NCBI RefSeq assembly: GCF_022539665.2
Contig: NC_081331.1
Location: forward strand, 12,214,001 to 12,278,000
Direction: 5' to 3'
Source: Daphnia carinata
Taxonomy: Eukaryota
DNA length: 64,000 nucleotides
Made by a program: the position numbers and the translations under genes. Shown here one piece after another: positions 15,738-30,057 of the stretch; within the stretch, counting starts at the first letter, position 1; the number at the start of each line of letters is the position of its first letter. The notes beneath the pieces are model-generated. The model was not told where the DNA came from. It saw only the letters and a program-made list of their open reading frames with translations, and did not search any database.

Positions 15738-18700
15738 ATGACGAGCTGTTGGCTATTGGCAGCAGCGCTCACGGCTCTGATGGGCCCAGTTTCCAGTCTT
15801 AGAGTGACGGGATTCAAGGTGCCCAGTATAGCGCTGATTGGAAGCGACGTCGAACTGGACTGCTCCTTCAGCGCGGCCAGAAATGCGAAGCTCTATTCAG
15901 TGAAATGGTACCAAAATCACGAGGAATTCTATCGCTACATGTTCAGCGAACGGACACCCGTCACGGCATTCACGCGCCCAGGAATCAACGTTGACGTAAG
16001 TATTACCATCATTTTTAATCAAACGATTCATGTTATTTTTTTTTACATTATTGATTTTTGTCCAAAATATCCGCACGAAATGAAAAATCATATTTAAATC
16101 TGTAAGGATAAAATCAATTTTTTAAAGCGCATTTCTCGCTGCATATTTGCGATCATTATGGCCGCTTGACTGGTGTTCCAATGCAAGCAGCACAATCGAG
16201 AGAACACAGAGAGAGAGTCTAGTAAATATACACCCTCATCATCAACCCTCAGATTTTATCGATTCAGCTTTTATGTCCTTTCTTATATATAGCCGCCTTC
16301 TAATATAGCGCAACGGAGCGAACGAGCGTCCTGCTAGATGCCGATTGAATTACACAGAAGCTCCTCCTTTTTTCTTTCCCCGTCTAGAGCACATCCGAAA
16401 AAAAGGAGAGTGCTGAACGCCATAGAGATAAAGATCAAGCTCCCTTTTTTCTTTCTTTTTTTCCGGAAAAACAAAAATTGCATAGAGGCCCATGGTAGAC
16501 GAAAAGAAAAAAGGGAGGCTACATGTTTCATCTTATAAACAATTTATTGATTGGGAAATGGTTGGGTGCGGAGGGAGTTACGCCGAAACCATTTGTTGAT
16601 GGAAGTTCTATATAGGGAGAGCCCTCCACCAACTTATTATAGAAAAAATAAAAATTGAGGCTTCATCTATCAAATGATTGGAAAATGCCATGCCCTTCTT
16701 CAATTGAGTCGATATTTTCAAAACAGCATTTTAAAAAAGAAATGGATAATGTCGTTTTATTCGTACGCTCCGTTGATTTCAACAAAAGATCAATGGATTC
16801 TAAAATATTATCCACCAGTCCATAAAATGGAAAGAAAAAAAAATGGGACAAAGACCGCACAAGAACTTGTTATGTACACACAACGTCCATGTATCATGTG
16901 GTACAAGGGGAGTTAGAACTTTGGGTTAGAATCAAAGTTAACGCATTAAGCAGTCAGCATGGAAACGCCGACTTTTTGTCACAGAGTTGTCGAGATGACA
17001 TCGAGTTAGCTGAACCTTCACATCAACCTATTTAGACTCGCGACTTGTGTACAGCAAAAGGCAGCGCATAGAATTAGAAACGAGTCTTACAGCATGTATA
17101 ACTTTGTCCTCATATACTCACTTGGTTTGATTTATATCATATAGCGTTCAGCTTAATGGAATTCCATCAAGTTGAGGGGGAAGCACAAAAAATCAATTGC
17201 CTAATCGCATTTTGGAGTTGATTGAACACACTTCTTTTTTGTCTTTCATTTGTACCTAGTTGGCTCGATCGAACAATAGCAGGGTGACGCTTAAATCGGT
17301 CAACTTTAACTCATCGGCCACTTTTCGGGTAAAACTTTCAAGACCGTTTCCTTTTGTATTCGTGTGAATTGCTAGTGTATTCGTGAAAATAAGTTTTTCG
17401 TTAAAAAAAAATGTATTTTGATCAATTTTTGTTTTATAATATAAAACAGTGCGAGGTATCGGCAGACGAGCCTGACTTTGAGACCGTTTATCGTCGAGCC
17501 AACATGACTGTCATCCGTGAGTGGTTTTTACCATCGCCCTTCTTTTCTCATCTCTCTTTTTCTTCTTCTATCGTTCACCCCCTCCTCCTCTTTTTGCCTG
17601 CCCAAATGTCTACTCTATTACTACTAGTGTTCCTATCTATTCCCTTTCCACTTTGGCTCCGTTCCAGCGACAGTTTCAATGAAAATTCTTCTCCCCAACC
17701 CCCCCTTTTTTTCTCTCCTTCACCAACTATACTTCTTCTTCAATCTTTTTTATCTTCGTCTACGCTTTTGCTCGTTGTCCCGCACGTCAAATGGATTGCT
17801 CCCTCAGCTTTCAAAAAAAGTTATATCGACATATCGTCATCCGTCGCGATCCGAGTGGGATTCTTTATGTAACAAGCCAGCAAGGAGACAAGCAGCCTAT
17901 TTGCCTTGCTTTTTATATGAGATATACTCGGATATGTATATAGAAACGGAACAAGAAAACGAAACCTCCTAAATACAAAGACGCTGAAATGTGTAGGGAA
18001 CATTGCCCCGTGATCTTGCGGCTGAAAAGTGGCAGCGCCAAACACACTTCAAATTGAGGGATCTCTTAGAATTTCTGTTTTTTTTTTAGAACAAAATATT
18101 TTGTTTAGCATTGACGTAATTTCAAATATTTTTCCGAAGTAAAACAAATGTTGATATTTTCTCATACGGAGATTTGATTCATTATAGATCGCGATGTACA
18201 TGATTCTCGTCTTGATATCCGTTTTCTTTTCCTTTTTGTATTATTTATTATTTCGCCGGTTGTACGGACGACGATGGTTGCTGATGCACGTCTCTTTTGT
18301 GCCCAACTGATGTCTGACTCGACTTGTCTCATTGCGTTCGTTTGCAACTGGAAATCCACGCGCGCGTGACCGAAATTGGCTTGTCGACATCCGCACGTTC
18401 TGCACGCGCTTCCCCACCCTGCTCTTTCTTACTACTAACATCACACAGAGGTTGCCGAAGACGGACCGCTCATCAGCGGCCTGCGGGATCAATACGAGCT
18501 GAACGAGCAACTGGACGTTAATTGCACATCGCCGTCCATCACGCCCAACATCGGCGCCCATCAGAGCAAACTCTCCTGGCAGCTCAACCGACAAACGGTA
18601 CACACACATACACACATCCATACGTAACACAACAGTGCATCTATTAATGCCCTATTTCATATATTGAGCAAATGATAGATTGATGGGTACGAAGAACGCG

Positions 18701-20237
18701 CGTTTAATACTATAGACGTCATTATTCGACTTCCGATGAAAAGGAAGTGGAAAATAGAGAGATGTCATTATATCAATTCATGCGCCATAGTTCCGCTTTC
18801 TTTCGCATGTTTATTCATGTGTACTAATAATGGATTTAAAATCATATAATCGACCGCTCGATATGTTCGATCTCTGGCAAAATAAAAATAATAATTCCCT
18901 TTTTTAAAAAATGGAAACAGGTGGACGGTCAGACGATTCAAATGCAGTCAGTTGATCCTTCCCAGACCGTTATCAACTTACGTTTGATCCTAACCGAACG
19001 CCATTTCGATCCAAAAACGGGTTTGCTTCGTCTTAACTGTTCGTTCACTGTCGGACGTCCGACCGCCATTTACTTCAATCGCAGTCTGGAACTTAGCGCC
19101 GCCCTCATGCATCCAACGACCGTACTTGATCCAAGACCAACCCAACGCTCATATAAAACCAAAGATTCGCGCTCCGCTTCCTATTCTTCAGGTACATAAA
19201 TGAGATACATATTAGATGGGCAATATAACTTGATTTGCTCAATCCTAAAATCATGATACATTAGTCAAAATCGGCCAAAAACAGCATCTTTTGGAATTCG
19301 ACGAAAATTACAGGGTGTAATCAAAATTGGACGCTGATTTTGATTCTGTGGTTTGTTTGCTCATTCAATCAGCCGTTACAAAAATAACGGAAAAAAATAT
19401 ATTTCTGCTACATCGCGCTAGCGCTGTAACGTACTGGCGCGCTAGCATATCACGTATTCGGTGTATTTCAAAAACAATTGCCTTAATGAAAAAAAAATAG
19501 CAATTTTTCCAGAATCAGCATTCAATTTTGTGTAAATCCTGTGATATTCAATCAATTCCGACGAGTATCAGTTTTTTCAGTAAAAGATTTTAAGCCCGAC
19601 GAAAAAGTAAGCCCCACTAAAAAAATATGCCCGATTTTTTTTATTTTTTCGTTTTTTACGTTTAATTTAGAATCCATAAGACCAATTGGAAAATGAACTT
19701 GACTTCCGTGATCAGCATTCAATTCTGAATCGAAATCATGTATTTTAAGCGAAATTTAAAATTTGTCCAAAAATGAAAAAGTGAGAAGGCTATAGCCTTC
19801 CTACTTTTCTCAAAATCGACCAAAAATGGCATCTCTTGGAATTCAACGAAAATTACACCGTATAACCAAAATTGGACGCTGATTTCGATTCTGTGGTTAG
19901 TTTTCTCGTTAAACCAACCGTTAGAAAAATAATGGATAAAAAGATATATTTCTGATGCATTGCGCTAGCGCTGTAGCATACTGGCGCCATAAAACCATAT
20001 TGCCATGTAATGTATCAATTGATACATTCCCCTTGCGATCATTATTCAGCGTTAATTTAATCAAGTTAAACAACTTGTCCCTGTGTTTAAAAATCGTTTA
20101 ACCAAACATTCCCGCGTTCGTTTTTTGAATTTTGTCACGCGTTTGACATAGGTGGCCGGCGGCAATTTCGACTTTCACTTGTTACGTTCCTGGCCGTCAT
20201 TCCTTACACTTTGTGGACGTGTTGCAATCCATGCTGA
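15738..20237 (+). CDS. beat: Beaten path (Beat)-family two-Ig-domain cell-surface protein
   Basis: Exons ~15738-15995, 17260-17328, 17450-17516, 18449-18597, 18921-19191 and 20152-20237 join in frame with GT-AG sites. Signal peptide MTSCWLLAAALTALMGPVSS; Beat motifs LDCSF..KLYSVKWYQNHEEFYRY, FRCEVSADEPDFET and GPLISGLRDQYELNEQLDVNCTS; hydrophobic C-terminal tail (possible GPI signal). Confidence 0.88.
19265..19990. repeat. Interspersed repeat (probable non-autonomous DNA transposon remnant) in the last Beat intron
   Basis: A ~180 bp unit (tcaaaatcggccaaaa...acgctgattt(t/c)gatt...gcgctagcgctgta..tactggcgc) occurs at ~19265-19450 and again at ~19810-19988. The same modules recur at 25060-25720. 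Confidence 0.75.
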
Positions 20238-21920
20238 TGGCGGTTTTGGTTTTCTTCTTGTTTGATTTCAACAAGTTTTTATTTGGGTTAAATGTCTGCC
20301 AAAAAAAAAGGAAATAAGGAAACCCTAATAAACAAGCCGGAAGCGAACTCACCCAAAAATGTCAAACCCGAGATATCTGATGTGTCCATCCCTCATCGTC
20401 ATCCAACGTTTTCTTTTACTTTTTTTTTACATTCACGTAATTTTAATTTGAAAAAAAAAAACATTCAATTCCCGATTCAATTTGAAGACACCTATTGCCC
20501 ATCCTGACGTCAAATTAGCTTCTATATATTATTATATAAATATGATTGTATAAAAGTGGATATATCAAAAAGAACACATCGCTGATGGCATCAGGTTTTT
20601 TAATTAACGTGTCAGCAAGCAAAACGGGCAAGAACCCAACGCGGAGCCAAACGATGCGGAGGAACAAACGGACGGATGTAATAAAAAACAAAGCCAAAAC
20701 TTCAAGCAAAACAAAATTCAAACGTGTGTAATTACTACAACAAGGCAGTGGTTGTATATGTGTCATATCTCCTTTAATCCCAATCCACAAAACGATGTCA
20801 TTTGTAAGGAGGAAAAGAGAAGAAGCTGATTGCTAATTATTTGGTTGTTATTCTTTTGTCTTCAATAGAAAACGGGACGAACAAATGAATTATTGGTTAA
20901 GGGCGCGTATGTAATAATGAACACTTTTCACATCTGTATAAATGATGATTCAATACATATTTGACGGTGCTGTAACAATATCCCCGACATAAAAAGACTT
21001 TTTTTAAAACAAACAAAAACTTTTCTGATCTGTCCCAACGTGTTTTGCTTCTCCCCTCTGATGCGAGGGTTGAGTATCCTGCTGCAAAGAATGACGCGTG
21101 AATAAAAACGGCCGAGAAACAAAAGGCTCCGTTTCCTTTTTATCTCTTTATAAAAGTCTTTTAGCGCATCCTTTTTTTTTCGCTTCTTGTCCCTCCTTTT
21201 TTGCTCGAAAAAGAACTGATTGCACACGCTACGACACCCCGAACACAGATCAAACACCCTCTTTGCCTTTCCTTTTCTTGCTGAAGCCTGCAAAAAAAAG
21301 GAAAAATAGAGACAACGAACAGCAAAGACACAAAATCCCGTTGCCGCCCTCCCGTCCCCGGCCGAATAACTCTTCCAGAGTGGTTGAGACGCGCACAAAA
21401 CACAATCCGATTATGTACAGTACAAAGAGCAAGCCAGGAGGAACAACACGAAAGCCAAAAACAAAGGAGAGAAAATTCCTATTTTTTAGAACTAGTTTAT
21501 ATAGGAAATAAAATAATGCTAATAAAGATTAAAAAAAAAAAAGGCTTTTCATCTCTTCATTAGAGATCTATTTATAATATATCCATTCACAGTGCGGCAT
21601 TTCCATAAGAGAAACAACAAGAAAAAAAAGGCAATCTGCTGGAGCGATACACACGTACGAATAACACAGCGCCAAATCAAACGTATTAGTTTTAACACAA
21701 TAGAGCAAATCATTCGGCAGAGAGAAAAAAAGGAGGCGGAACAAATATCGCACCTTTTTAAAGAGAACCATCAAGAAGAGATTTGATTTAATAGCCAAGA
21801 ATGGGGAAAAAATGGTCTTTTCTACTTTTATTTTCTTTCGGCCGTGTTGAGAGGTGGAGGCAGCAGCTGCTGTACGATTGCTGTCGAGTGTAGGCGGGAT
21901 AGAAGAATATCTAAAGTCTA

Positions 21921-21955
21921 GTGTGTGTGTGTGTATGTGTGTGTGTGTGTGTGTG
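21921..21955. repeat. (GT)n microsatellite
   Basis: Near-perfect GT run just past the PAFAH1B stop codon (3' UTR). Confidence 0.9.
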
Positions 21956-21980
21956 AAAAGAAAAAAGCGAAGAAAGAGAA

Positions 21981-24771
21981 TCACGGTCCTTTGTGAAGCG
22001 ATTGGGCGTTATTGGTTTCGTCCGTCTCGTCCGATTCGGCCAACAGCTGCAAAAGCAAATCGTGCAAAGGCTCGAAAACGCGCCGGTAGCCGTTGGGCGT
22101 CAGGTGGAGATAGTCGTACATGTCCAAGTGGGAGATGGTCCCGTCCGGCTGGACAAAATCTGGCGCGGTATTGACCAGCTGGACGCGTGTCATCAGCATC
22201 AGCTTGTGGGCCAGCAGCTCGTTGACCTGAGCGTTTCGCTGACGAAGAGGATTTACCAGATGACCACGGGGCAGCAGCGACTGGATCAAAATATGTAAAT
22301 AAAATAAAATTACATGAGTATTTTGATCAGAATTTTTTCTTCCACACACAGACAGGTTAAATTGAATTTACCATAACGATGATATGCGCTTGGGGTTGTT
22401 TGTCTCGGATGAGATGGACAACAGCCATAATGCCGTCGGCAATCATGTCGGCAGTATGGCCGTGGTTATTGGTACCGACAAGTAAGACGACAACCTAAAT
22501 GCAGGACATTTCAACGACAACAAACAAATAAAATTTTACACGAACGAGACCAAATGTCCAAACAAGTACAGGGCGGACAAAAAATTAGGAAACAAACAAG
22601 CAGCTGTCGATCCGTCATGCCAACATATCCAGTTCGTTTCCTTCTTCAGTAGACTACCGACACAGCGGCATATTTAAGAATCAACCATCACTGCCCACAC
22701 AAATCCAATACAATCGCGGCTTCCATTTCTTTCTTTTTTTTTCACGACATTCATTCCGGATGCATTTCTCGCCGAATATACATACTCTATACACCCGCCT
22801 TTTCTCTTTATCTCTATGCAAACAGAGGCCACTAACCCTGCGCAAATACACCCACTCGGCATTTTCAATAATAGGATATCGACATTTTTTTTTTTTTTTT
22901 TTTTAACATTCTTTTTTTTTCGTATAGAAAGAAGAATCCTTCTGATGGAAGCTTGTTTTTCGCGTGTGTCAATACGAAAGAAGAAAAAAGAAATGTGGAA
23001 GTTTTCTGAGCTCGAGATTGCAGCGAACATAGCAAAGCAGCGGAAAAATAAATAAATACAATGTCTTCCGGAATTATCGAACGATTCGTAATACTGCCAT
23101 TCCGCGCGCTTTTCGGAAGGGCGGAGGCTGCGGAGGCGAATAGTTGGATTGTACGAATTGGATCAACGTTTGACTTAGCGGGCAAAAGCTCACGTCACAC
23201 AAAAGGTCAGCTATTGTTCTCGGCGCTACTAAACCATTACTAACTGGTGAAACGCATAAATCATAACAGCGGTAGTCGCTACGAATCTAAGAAAAAAAAA
23301 CGAGACGACTTAATCCGACTTTAATAGCCGACAGCCAGCGTAACTGAGACACATAAACGGATGTACATTGAGCTAGTCGGAGAAGAAAAAAAAGATAAAC
23401 ATTCATTGCGTATGCATATACGTAGCTGCAGTTGGTGGTGCACGGCCCAATGCGAAAACACGGACGGCAAAGTAGGCTAACTGGCCGTGTCAAACTCGTC
23501 AAAACTTAATTAGCGCGCATGGCGGGAGAGAGTAGTCGGCTAAGCGAATCGGTTGCGTGATTGACGAAGCCAAGTTTCTCGTCTTTTATTTTCTATTCTT
23601 TAATAATGTAAAGAGGCTCCTGCTGGACTACTACGCGAGCTTCAAACGGACGTCTTGATAAAACTTTGAGGTCGCCCCCCACCGAAAGAAAAAGCGATAC
23701 TGGATCGTAATGACATCCCGTGGAAAACTTGGACCAATCTTAACCGATCAAAGACTTGGAGAAAGGACCAAATCCTCCAACTCTCTTTAAAAAAGTTGTA
23801 CCATTTTTCCTTTGATTTTTTCCCCCTTATTTTTATTCCCTTCCCCTCTCTATAAACATAATAATATAATACACACACGCATACACACTCTTTCATCGTT
23901 TGCTAGATCTTTCCCCATTCTTTGCACAACAAAAATAAATAAGGCGAGCGCTTTTATCGTTATTAGTCTGCGAGGCACTATGCAAGCCGGCAAAATCGTT
24001 GAACGGAGGGAAAAGCTCTTGTTTTCGGACTGTTTTTCTGTTGTCTTTCCTCCCCTTTTCTTTTTTTTTCAATTTTAAACGCGCGATCTGCGAGTTTATT
24101 GCAAAGCTGTTGCATAATTCAAGAGACGTTTCGTTTGATCCCTCGACGCGACGGAGCGTTCAACGATAAGACTATACCAAAGGCACAGCAAAATGTCCAT
24201 AACTCGTATGAAAAATCCTTCTCTTATTTGATTTTCTTTGCCAGCAGTGTGCTGAATTGTCAAGCACCAAACACAATCATTTTAACACAACAAGACTGGC
24301 AAATCTTTTGAAATATTCTTCTAAAGCCCACAGTGCCAAGATGTTGAATAAGAAAAACCCTTAACTGCATGAAAGAACTTTACCTTGGGTTTTATGTTGT
24401 CCAACTCGCCATTAGATAGGCGCCATAGTACATGTTGTGTTTGGTCTCCTCCGATGCCAAAATTTAACTAGAAAAACGAGTAAGTAGTTGTTATCGTATG
24501 ATATGAACAGTATGAGTTTCTTTTTACTGGGTGTAGAGGGGCAAACATGGTTTCCCACATGTCTGTGTAGATCAGGTGAGAGATGAGTGAGTCACCCACA
24601 AACAAGATTTCAGGTTCTCTCTCTTTTGTTTCCAAAACAAACCTTTGGTGCTGCAAAATAGAAATTTAAACAAGGTAGTTTGAATAGAAAGTAATGACTC
24701 CATACCAAGCTCATCCATCTATTATCTCCTTGGACATCTTCAACAGGACACGGAACGGCAGCTTCGTTCAT
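21981..24771 (-). CDS. PAFAH1B2/3: Platelet-activating factor acetylhydrolase IB alpha subunit homolog (SGNH hydrolase)
   Basis: Five exons: [37 protein letters not shown]..|[17 protein letters not shown]..|[13 protein letters not shown]..|[19 protein letters not shown]. All PAFAH1B signature blocks are present. Confidence 0.95.
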
Positions 24772-25059
24772 GATGGAACTAGACAAAATTGGCAACAAAC
24801 GATTTGAATCTAGTATTCATAAATACAGCATAACGCCACACTATGGCTCTCGATAAATTTTCTAGAATGCGTAACGTGAAGGAGTACACGTCGCCGTTCC
24901 GGTACGTCTGGTTCGAACAACTACCTGTCAAACAGAAAAAAGTTAATGCACCACACCATCTCGTGGACATCTCTAATACTGCCAACGAAAGTTTTCGGGT
25001 AAATAAGGTGGCTGAGAAGCAGAAAATCCAAAGGCAGGCATTTAGACTCTTACATCACT

Positions 25060-25720
25060 TTTTGTGTTTCACGGCTGATTTCAGGAGAAAACCAAAAACG
25101 AAATCGAAATCAGCGTTTCGCGTGCGCGAGTTCCAAGAGATGGCGTATTTGGCCGATTTTTGATATGTTTCTGCTGCATCGCGATAGCGCGCTGTAGCAT
25201 ACTGGCGCGCTAGCATACAGTTTCGATTCGCACACACTAATTTTATATTTTAGATTACTCCAAAACTATATACTCTACGTCGCCGGATAAAAACAAATTC
25301 CATTAATCCTTTTGGTGAAATACACATTATCTTTTTTCGTGTTCCATCCGTGGTTACGTAAAAACAAATTCCATTTTCGTGTTCCTTGGTTAACTTTGAA
25401 TGAGAACCATGTATAGTTATCGAGATTTAATGATATTATTTTTTAATAGGAAAGATTTTTAAGCCCGAAAGACAAAGTCGGGCTTATTTTTTAACCCAAC
25501 TTTTATCGTTTTTTACGTTTTATTCAAAAACTATGAGTCCCACGAGAAAAAAACCTTCGTATTCGTGATGCCCGTTCAATTCTGCATCGAAACCATGTAT
25601 TTAAAGCGAAATCTAAAGCCTTCTCACTTTTCCAATTTTCTTCAAATCCTAGATTTCGTTAAAAATAGATTATTCCGATTCGAAATTGATCGCTGATCAC
25701 GAAAGTGAGTAGCGATGTCG
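25060..25720. repeat. Rearranged copy of the 19.3-20.0 kb repeat family
   Basis: 25064-25163 is the reverse complement of the first half of the 19265 unit, and 25164-25217 is its second half in forward orientation. 25450-25630 matches ~19583-19790. ~25560-25715 forms an internal inverted repeat. Confidence 0.72.
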
Positions 25721-26066
25721 TTTTGAAAAAAATATGTTTAAAAAAAATGTATTGACAATTCTCTGCACAATACAATTATTTTTGCAACTTCTGAAAGGCA
25801 ATGTAGCCTTTTCAAAGTTGCCGCCAAACAAGGCAGGGGGAGACACTGCATTGGTTGACCCACCGGGAGATTACCCGGTGCTGGGCTAAGAGAAGCCGGA
25901 AGAAGAGCCGAAGAAACGGAACATTTTTACAGGAGCGATTAACCTTTAATTCGGATTTGTGGGTAGCCACACAGCCCTCCATGAACACTTCATCGAACCA
26001 TGCGGACCCCCACGTCCCCTTTCCGGCCAGAGCCCTCCAAACCTCGATATATGTTGTTTTTATATT
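25720..26066 (+). repeat. Repeat A, copy 1 (diverged, partial)
   Basis: attgacaattctctgcac...caccgggagattacccggtg...ccggccagagccctccaaacctcg matches 30260-30580 directly and 29010-29335 in reverse complement. Confidence 0.93.
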
Positions 26067-26785
26067 CTTTTTTCTTTTTTACAACTATCGCCATCTATGG
26101 GCCAGATTCCTACTTAATTTTCTAAATACAACTTTACGAATTCTAGCCATATAAATATATAATTTTTTTAATTAATAACTTTATTTCATTAAAATATAAC
26201 TATACAATAGTTATTTTGTTATATTCTAGTTACTTAACTTCATTATTATTACTATTAACTATTAACTTTCCATTTTGTGCTGCAGCAATTATAATGAATG
26301 TAATTCTAATAGCAATGAGAATAATTGCTTGTTTTAGGTATAAATAATATGTTTGAGTAATATAAAGTCATTATTTGTTGTTGCGATGTGAAAATAATAC
26401 ACAATAACGTCTTTATATTACTCAAACATATAAATTTTCTTAAGTTAAATTTTCATTTGGATAAGTACTTTAAATGTTTAAAAACATTTAGTTTGTTGCG
26501 AATAAAATTTCTCGTAATAACTTTTGCGTCCACAAGAGGCGCCTTAAACCGTGGCTCATCGGACAGTTTTTTTTCAGGCATATTTTTAGATTGGCTTAAC
26601 GCGTGTAGTCTGCTGTCTACCTTTACTCGCTAGATAGACCGTCCTCGCTAGATTTTACTTCTTGACATCTCTATATAATCTTATTTGTTTCATTCTGTTC
26701 TACATTTTTTCTGTCCATTGTCACAAGGTAAGTGTTTTCTTGTATTCTTAGTGTGATTACTTTAAACTATGGTTTTGTTTAACAG

Positions 26786-28634
<1,849 letters not shown>

Positions 28635-28649
28635 AAACGAAAATCGTAA

Positions 28650-28850
28650 ATGTCTCTTCTGAAGCTTCTGACAGAAGAATATGCTCGCAATCAACTCACG
28701 AATCATGTAAGGTATGAACTATATATATGAATTAAGAGTTTTTATGCCTAATGGTGTTTTACTGTCTTATTATAGATGAACAATAAATTTTGATCTGAAA
28801 AGGTTTCATGTTTGGGGCAAGGTCCTGAATAAATTATTATGTTTGGATAC
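28650..28850 (+). pseudogene. Last two exons of a paralog of unknown gene X, fused to the truncated vasa
   Basis: MSLLKLLTEE..NH|gtaag..atgccctaatggtgtt..tatag|atgaacaataaattttgatctgaaaagg..ggggcaaggtcctgaataaatt aligns with MAFPKFLPE..SH|gtaag..atgcttaatggtgtt..catag|gttaatagtaacattggatctgaaaaga..ggggcaagacactgaataaatt on the minus strand at ~30750-30920. Confidence 0.7.
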
Positions 28851-28912
28851 ATTACATGGAATTTCCATACTTCATTCAGATTCTCAATTAAAAACGGTAT
28901 TAAATTTTTCAT

Positions 28913-29544
28913 AAATTGAAGTGCATATCTGGGCTCCCTTCCTTTCCGTAGCCCCGTTTCCCCTTGACTCGTAATAAGCCCGTAGGGGGTCATGCCCCTA
29001 CTGTACGGTATATATAAAAATAACATATACCGAGGTTTGGAGGGCTCTGGCCGGAAAGGGGACGTGGGGTTCCGCTTAGTCCGATGATGTGTTCACGGAG
29101 GGCGATGTGGCTACCCACAAATCCGAATTAAAGGTTAATCGCTCCAGTAAAAATGTTCCATATCTTCGGCTCTTCTTCCGGCTTCTCTTAGCCAATCACC
29201 GGGTAATCTCCCCGGTGGGTCAACAAGGCAGTGTCTCCCCCCTGCCTGGGTTGACGGCAACTTTTGAAAGGGCTATTATGCCTTTTTAAAGTTGCAAAAA
29301 TAATTCTAATGTGCAGAGAATTGTCAATAAAATTTTTTTTATAAAATATGTTTTCCAAAATTTGTTTCTTTCTTTGTCTGTTATCGCTGTGTTTACACAT
29401 TACATTTATCACCTTTTTTTATTTAGCTTGCTCAATTCACCTTTACTGTTTTGGCCACCTTTGATGGTAAGCATTGGGACACGTTTAATGGTAAGCATTG
29501 TTTCCATTGGTTTATTTGTTTATATGTAAGCATTCAATTATTAT
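28913..29544 (-). repeat. Repeat A, copy 2: left arm of a long palindrome
   Basis: Reverse complement of 30058-30680. By eye there are about 10 differences over the outer ~420 bp, with more divergence in the inner ~200 bp. Confidence 0.96.
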
Positions 29545-29603
29545 CCAGGGATCGAAACCTGGATGTTCGGCACACCGAGCCGATGCTCTACCAATGAGCC
29601 ATG
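29545..29603 (-). other. Degenerate tRNA-like unit 1
   Basis: Minus strand tggctcattggtagagcatcggctcggtgtgccgaacatccaggtttcgatccctgg: A box, D stem GCTC/GAGC, stem TCGGC/GCCGA, T stem CCAGG/CCTGG and a B-box-like loop. The acceptor stem is poor. Confidence 0.7.
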
Positions 29604-29728
29604 AATCATATGATGACAAGTTGGCTTTTTTCTAGTCGCTTGCGGACTTGCATTTACACTTAGAATAAAACTGAAATGCAATACTGCAAAATTCTTTTCT
29701 ACATTTATTCTGCTTCATTTTTAAACAT

Positions 29729-29793
29729 CTACGGGGGTTTGAACCCAGGGTAACAGATATCGCAGCTAAAGACTATACCACAGAGCTATGGTC
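29729..29793 (-). other. Degenerate tRNA-like unit 2
   Basis: Minus strand tagctctgtggtatag...ctgggttcaaacccc: A box TAGCTCTGTGG and B box GGTTCAAACCC at tRNA spacing. The anticodon arm is decayed. Confidence 0.55.
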
Positions 29794-29894
29794 CTTATGA
29801 AAGTAATAGACAGATAAACATATAGTTGTGAAGGACTGCATAAACATCCTAGACGATAACATATGATATGCGATAATAAAAAAATCATATATAT

Positions 29895-29963
29895 ATCTCG
29901 TGGCTCAATGTTAGAGCATCGGCGTTGCACGCTGAATGTCTGGGGATCGGTTCCCATACGAGT
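29895..29963 (+). other. Degenerate tRNA-like unit 3
   Basis: ctcgtggctcaatgttagagcatcggcgttgcacgctgaatgtctggggatcggttcccatacgag: D stem GCTC/GAGC, stem TCGGC/GCTGA with a TGC-centred loop, partial acceptor CTCG/CGAG and a degenerate B box. Confidence 0.65.
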
Positions 29964-30057
29964 AAATTAAGTACATATTCAAAATTACTTCAGAAAATAT
30001 CCAGGTATTACACGTTATTCCTTGAATCTAAGTTGAAGAATTCAAAGAGTGTAATAA

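Noticed and set aside
28846..28859. gatacattacatgg matching the reverse complement of the end of the Beat-intron repeat (~20003-20016)
   Set aside because: A single AT-rich 14-mer without flanking homology, which is plausibly chance.
29545..29963. Functional tRNA genes
   Set aside because: Acceptor stems or T loops are defective and the anticodon loops are non-canonical, so they are recorded only as tRNA-like.
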